Both the position numbers and the translations under genes were made by a program. DNA of 32,000 nt from Cereibacter sphaeroides 2.4.1 (GTDB lineage: Bacteria; Pseudomonadota; Alphaproteobacteria; Rhodobacterales; Rhodobacteraceae), in NCBI RefSeq assembly GCF_000012905.2, contig NC_007493.2, positions 1,530,001 to 1,562,000 of the forward strand. The letters are read 5' to 3'. The notes below the pieces were generated by a model that worked only from the letters and a program-made list of their open reading frames with translations, was not told the origin of the DNA and did no database searches. Of the stretch, positions 29,994 through 32,000 are shown one piece after another (position 1 is the first letter of the stretch; each line of letters begins with the position of its first letter).

Positions 29994-31265
29994 TCAGTTC
30001 AGCGCCCGCGCCCGGGCGTCGAGCATGTCCTGCGTCACCAGCACGATGCCGCCCTCCGAGCGGCGGAACCAGCGCGCATCTTCCTCCGCATCCTGCCCGA
30101 TCACCAGCCCTTCCGGCACGACCACGCCGCGGTCGAGCACGCAATTCGTCAGATCCGCCTTCCGGTTCACCGTCACATGCGGCAGTGCCACCACATGGCT
30201 CATCGAGGAATAGCTGTGCGTCCGGCAGCCGGTGAACAGCAGCGAGCTGCGGATCTCGCTGCCCGAAACGATGCAGTCCCCCGAAACCAGCGACGAGATG
30301 GCCGTGCCGCGCCGGTTCTCGCTGTCATGGATGAACTTGGCCGGCGGCACGATCTGCGAATAGGTCCAGATCGGCCATTCGCGGTCGTAGAGATCGAGCT
30401 TGGGCGTGAAGTCGGTGAGGTCGATGTTGGCCTGCCAGAAGGCATCGATCGTGCCCACGTCGCGCCAGTAGGGCTCGGTCTCGAGGCCGGTCATCACGCA
30501 GCTGTCCGAGAAACGGTGCGCCATGGCCTTGCCGTTCTTCACGATGGCGGGGATCAGGTCGTGGCCGAAGTCGTGGCTCGAGTTCGGATCCTCGGCGTCG
30601 CGGATCAGCAGGTCGCGCAGGAATGCCCAGTCGAAGACATAGATCCCCATCGAGGCCAGCGCATTGGCCTCGTCGCCGGGGATGCCCGGCGGGTCGGCGG
30701 GCTTTTCGAGAAAGTCGGTGATACGCAGGTTCGCATCCACATGCATCACGCCGAAGGCCGTGGCCTCGGCCCGCGGCACGGTCAGGCAGCCGATGGTCAC
30801 ATCCGCGCCGGTCTCGCAATGCTGGCGCAGCATGATCTCGTAATCCATCTTGTAGACGTGATCGCCCGCGAGGATGATCACATACTTGATGTCGTAGCTG
30901 TCCACGATGTCGATATTCTGGGTCACCGCATCGGCCGTGCCCAGATACCAGCGGTTCTCGTCGACCCGCTGGCTTGCCGGCAGGATGTCGAGATATTCGT
31001 TCCGCTCCTCGCGGAAGAAGTTCCAGCCGCGCTGGATGTGCCGGATCAGGCTGTGGGCCTTGTACTGGGTGGCGATGGCCATCTTGCGGATGCCCGAGTT
31101 CATCGCGTTCGACAGGGCGAAGTCGATGATCCGCGCCTTGCCGCCGAAATAGACGGCGGGTTTCGCGCGCCGGTCCGTCAGCTCCTTGAGCCGGCTGCCG
31201 CGGCCGCCGGCCAGCACGAAGGCCATCGCCTGCGCGGTCAGCCTGAGTGGGGGTTGCGCCTTCAT
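29994..31265 (-). CDS. glgC: Glucose-1-phosphate adenylyltransferase (ADP-glucose pyrophosphorylase), 423 aa
   Basis: ORF track 29994..31571 trimmed to ATG 31265 (GGGAGGA SD). The N-terminal region is [53 protein letters not shown]. Confidence 0.95.
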   Translation of the reverse strand: MKAQPPLRLTAQAMAFVLAGGRGSRLKELTDRRAKPAVYFGGKARIIDFALSNAMNSGIRKMAIATQYKAHSLIRHIQRGWNFFREERNEYLDILPASQRVDENRWYLGTADAVTQNIDIVDSYDIKYVIILAGDHVYKMDYEIMLRQHCETGADVTIGCLTVPRAEATAFGVMHVDANLRITDFLEKPADPPGIPGDEANALASMGIYVFDWAFLRDLLIRDAEDPNSSHDFGHDLIPAIVKNGKAMAHRFSDSCVMTGLETEPYWRDVGTIDAFWQANIDLTDFTPKLDLYDREWPIWTYSQIVPPAKFIHDSENRRGTAISSLVSGDCIVSGSEIRSSLLFTGCRTHSYSSMSHVVALPHVTVNRKADLTNCVLDRGVVVPEGLVIGQDAEEDARWFRRSEGGIVLVTQDMLDARARALN

Positions 31266-32000
31266 TCCGTCCTCCCGTGTCGCGGGTTGGCCCCGCTCTT
31301 GAAGTGCCTGCTCCGGCCGGGTCGGACTCGCCTCTGCGCAAGCCCGGCCCGCCTGAAGATCACCGTAGACAGCGGCGGGAGCGTGACAAGCGCCGATTGC
31401 ATCCGACCGTGCCGGCCATCGGGCCCAGAGACGACGCGGCCGGACTTGCAGCGGTTCCCGCCGACGCGGATTTCGGCAGGGGGCGTCCGCGCTTCCCCCC
31501 GTCCCGCCCCCCGAAAGGCCGAGGCGGATCCTTCGTTCGACCGGGGGGGAAGCTCCTGTCGGCGCATTCATCAGAGGGAAGTGAAAGGGCAGGCTTGACC
31601 GTCAGGCCCGAGGTCCGCTCAGAAAAGACATCAGGTCGGGATGAAGGACGCGCCTGCCGGATCGCAAGATCCACGGGATCGGGGACAGGAGACGATGCCC
31701 TCGCCCGCTTCCAACCGCCGAGACGGGCCTTGCAGGGCGTGATCGACGCTCCGATGACACGCGACCCTTCGGCCATCGTGCTCGTCGGCGCGCTTCACGC
31801 ATCCCCGAGATGCAGCGTTGCGGAGGATCGAAGCCGTCACCGCACAAGCCGGGCGCGCGGGTCTGGCCTGCATGGAAGCGTCACGGGGTGGCGGCGGCCC
31901 GTCAGATGCGGACGCAACCCGACCGCGACAGGCGCCGGCCCCGGCTTAAGAAGCCGCCGCAGGCGCCCTGCCCCTCTCCGATGCCCGTCGTCGAGGCGTC

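Noticed and set aside
28506-31598. 1030-aa plus-strand ORF opposite glgA and glgC
   Set aside because: It is antisense to canonical glgA and glgC. This is a GC artefact.
31360-31776. 138-aa minus-strand ORF upstream of glgC
   Set aside because: When read codon by codon, GC3 is only ~60% with many T/A-ending codons, unlike every credible gene here. No SD and no recognisable motifs.
31907-32000. Possible plus-strand gene start (ATG 31907 or 31982) running off the right edge, and a minus-strand frame ending at 31902
   Set aside because: Only ~30 codons are visible and no motif is recognisable. This cannot be supported from the window.

Overview
This is a 32-kb, roughly 68-70% GC, densely coding chromosomal window. 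Gene content, codon style and very high GC3 look alphaproteobacterial, Rhodobacter/Cereibacter-like, but that is inference only. I saw no rRNA, tRNA, CRISPR, IS or prophage signals. Contents from left to right: (1) The first 363 codons of a PrmA/MimA-like soluble di-iron monooxygenase alpha subunit on the minus strand; it is edge-truncated and therefore absent from the ORF track. (2) A 620-nt divergent control region with two copies of a TACAGCTGTA dyad and sigma-54-like -24/-12 matches facing both ways. (3) A translationally coupled plus-strand operon of four uncharacterised ORFs (154 aa; 73 aa helical; 361-aa WD40-like beta-propeller; 63 aa) ending in a short RpoN (sigma-54) paralogue. This is my top candidate for an undescribed system. 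(4) guaB, a TehA/TDT-like membrane protein and a Pro-rich tail-anchored small ORF. (5) An AglEFGK-like sugar ABC importer divergent from a GH1 beta-glucosidase plus glucokinase. (6) A minus-strand block of LuxR-type response regulator, FIST sensor protein and cytoplasmic PAS hybrid histidine kinase, followed on the same strand by coxG-S-L-M-like form II molybdenum hydroxylase genes. (7) The glycogen operon glgC-glgA-glgX-pgm. A ~52-nt REP-like element occurs twice (15698 and 29935) with a compensatory base-pair change in its hairpin. Many long ORFs in the track are antisense or out-of-frame high-GC artefacts and were rejected. Several real genes needed their starts trimmed. All family calls come from motif recognition by eye; no database search was possible.
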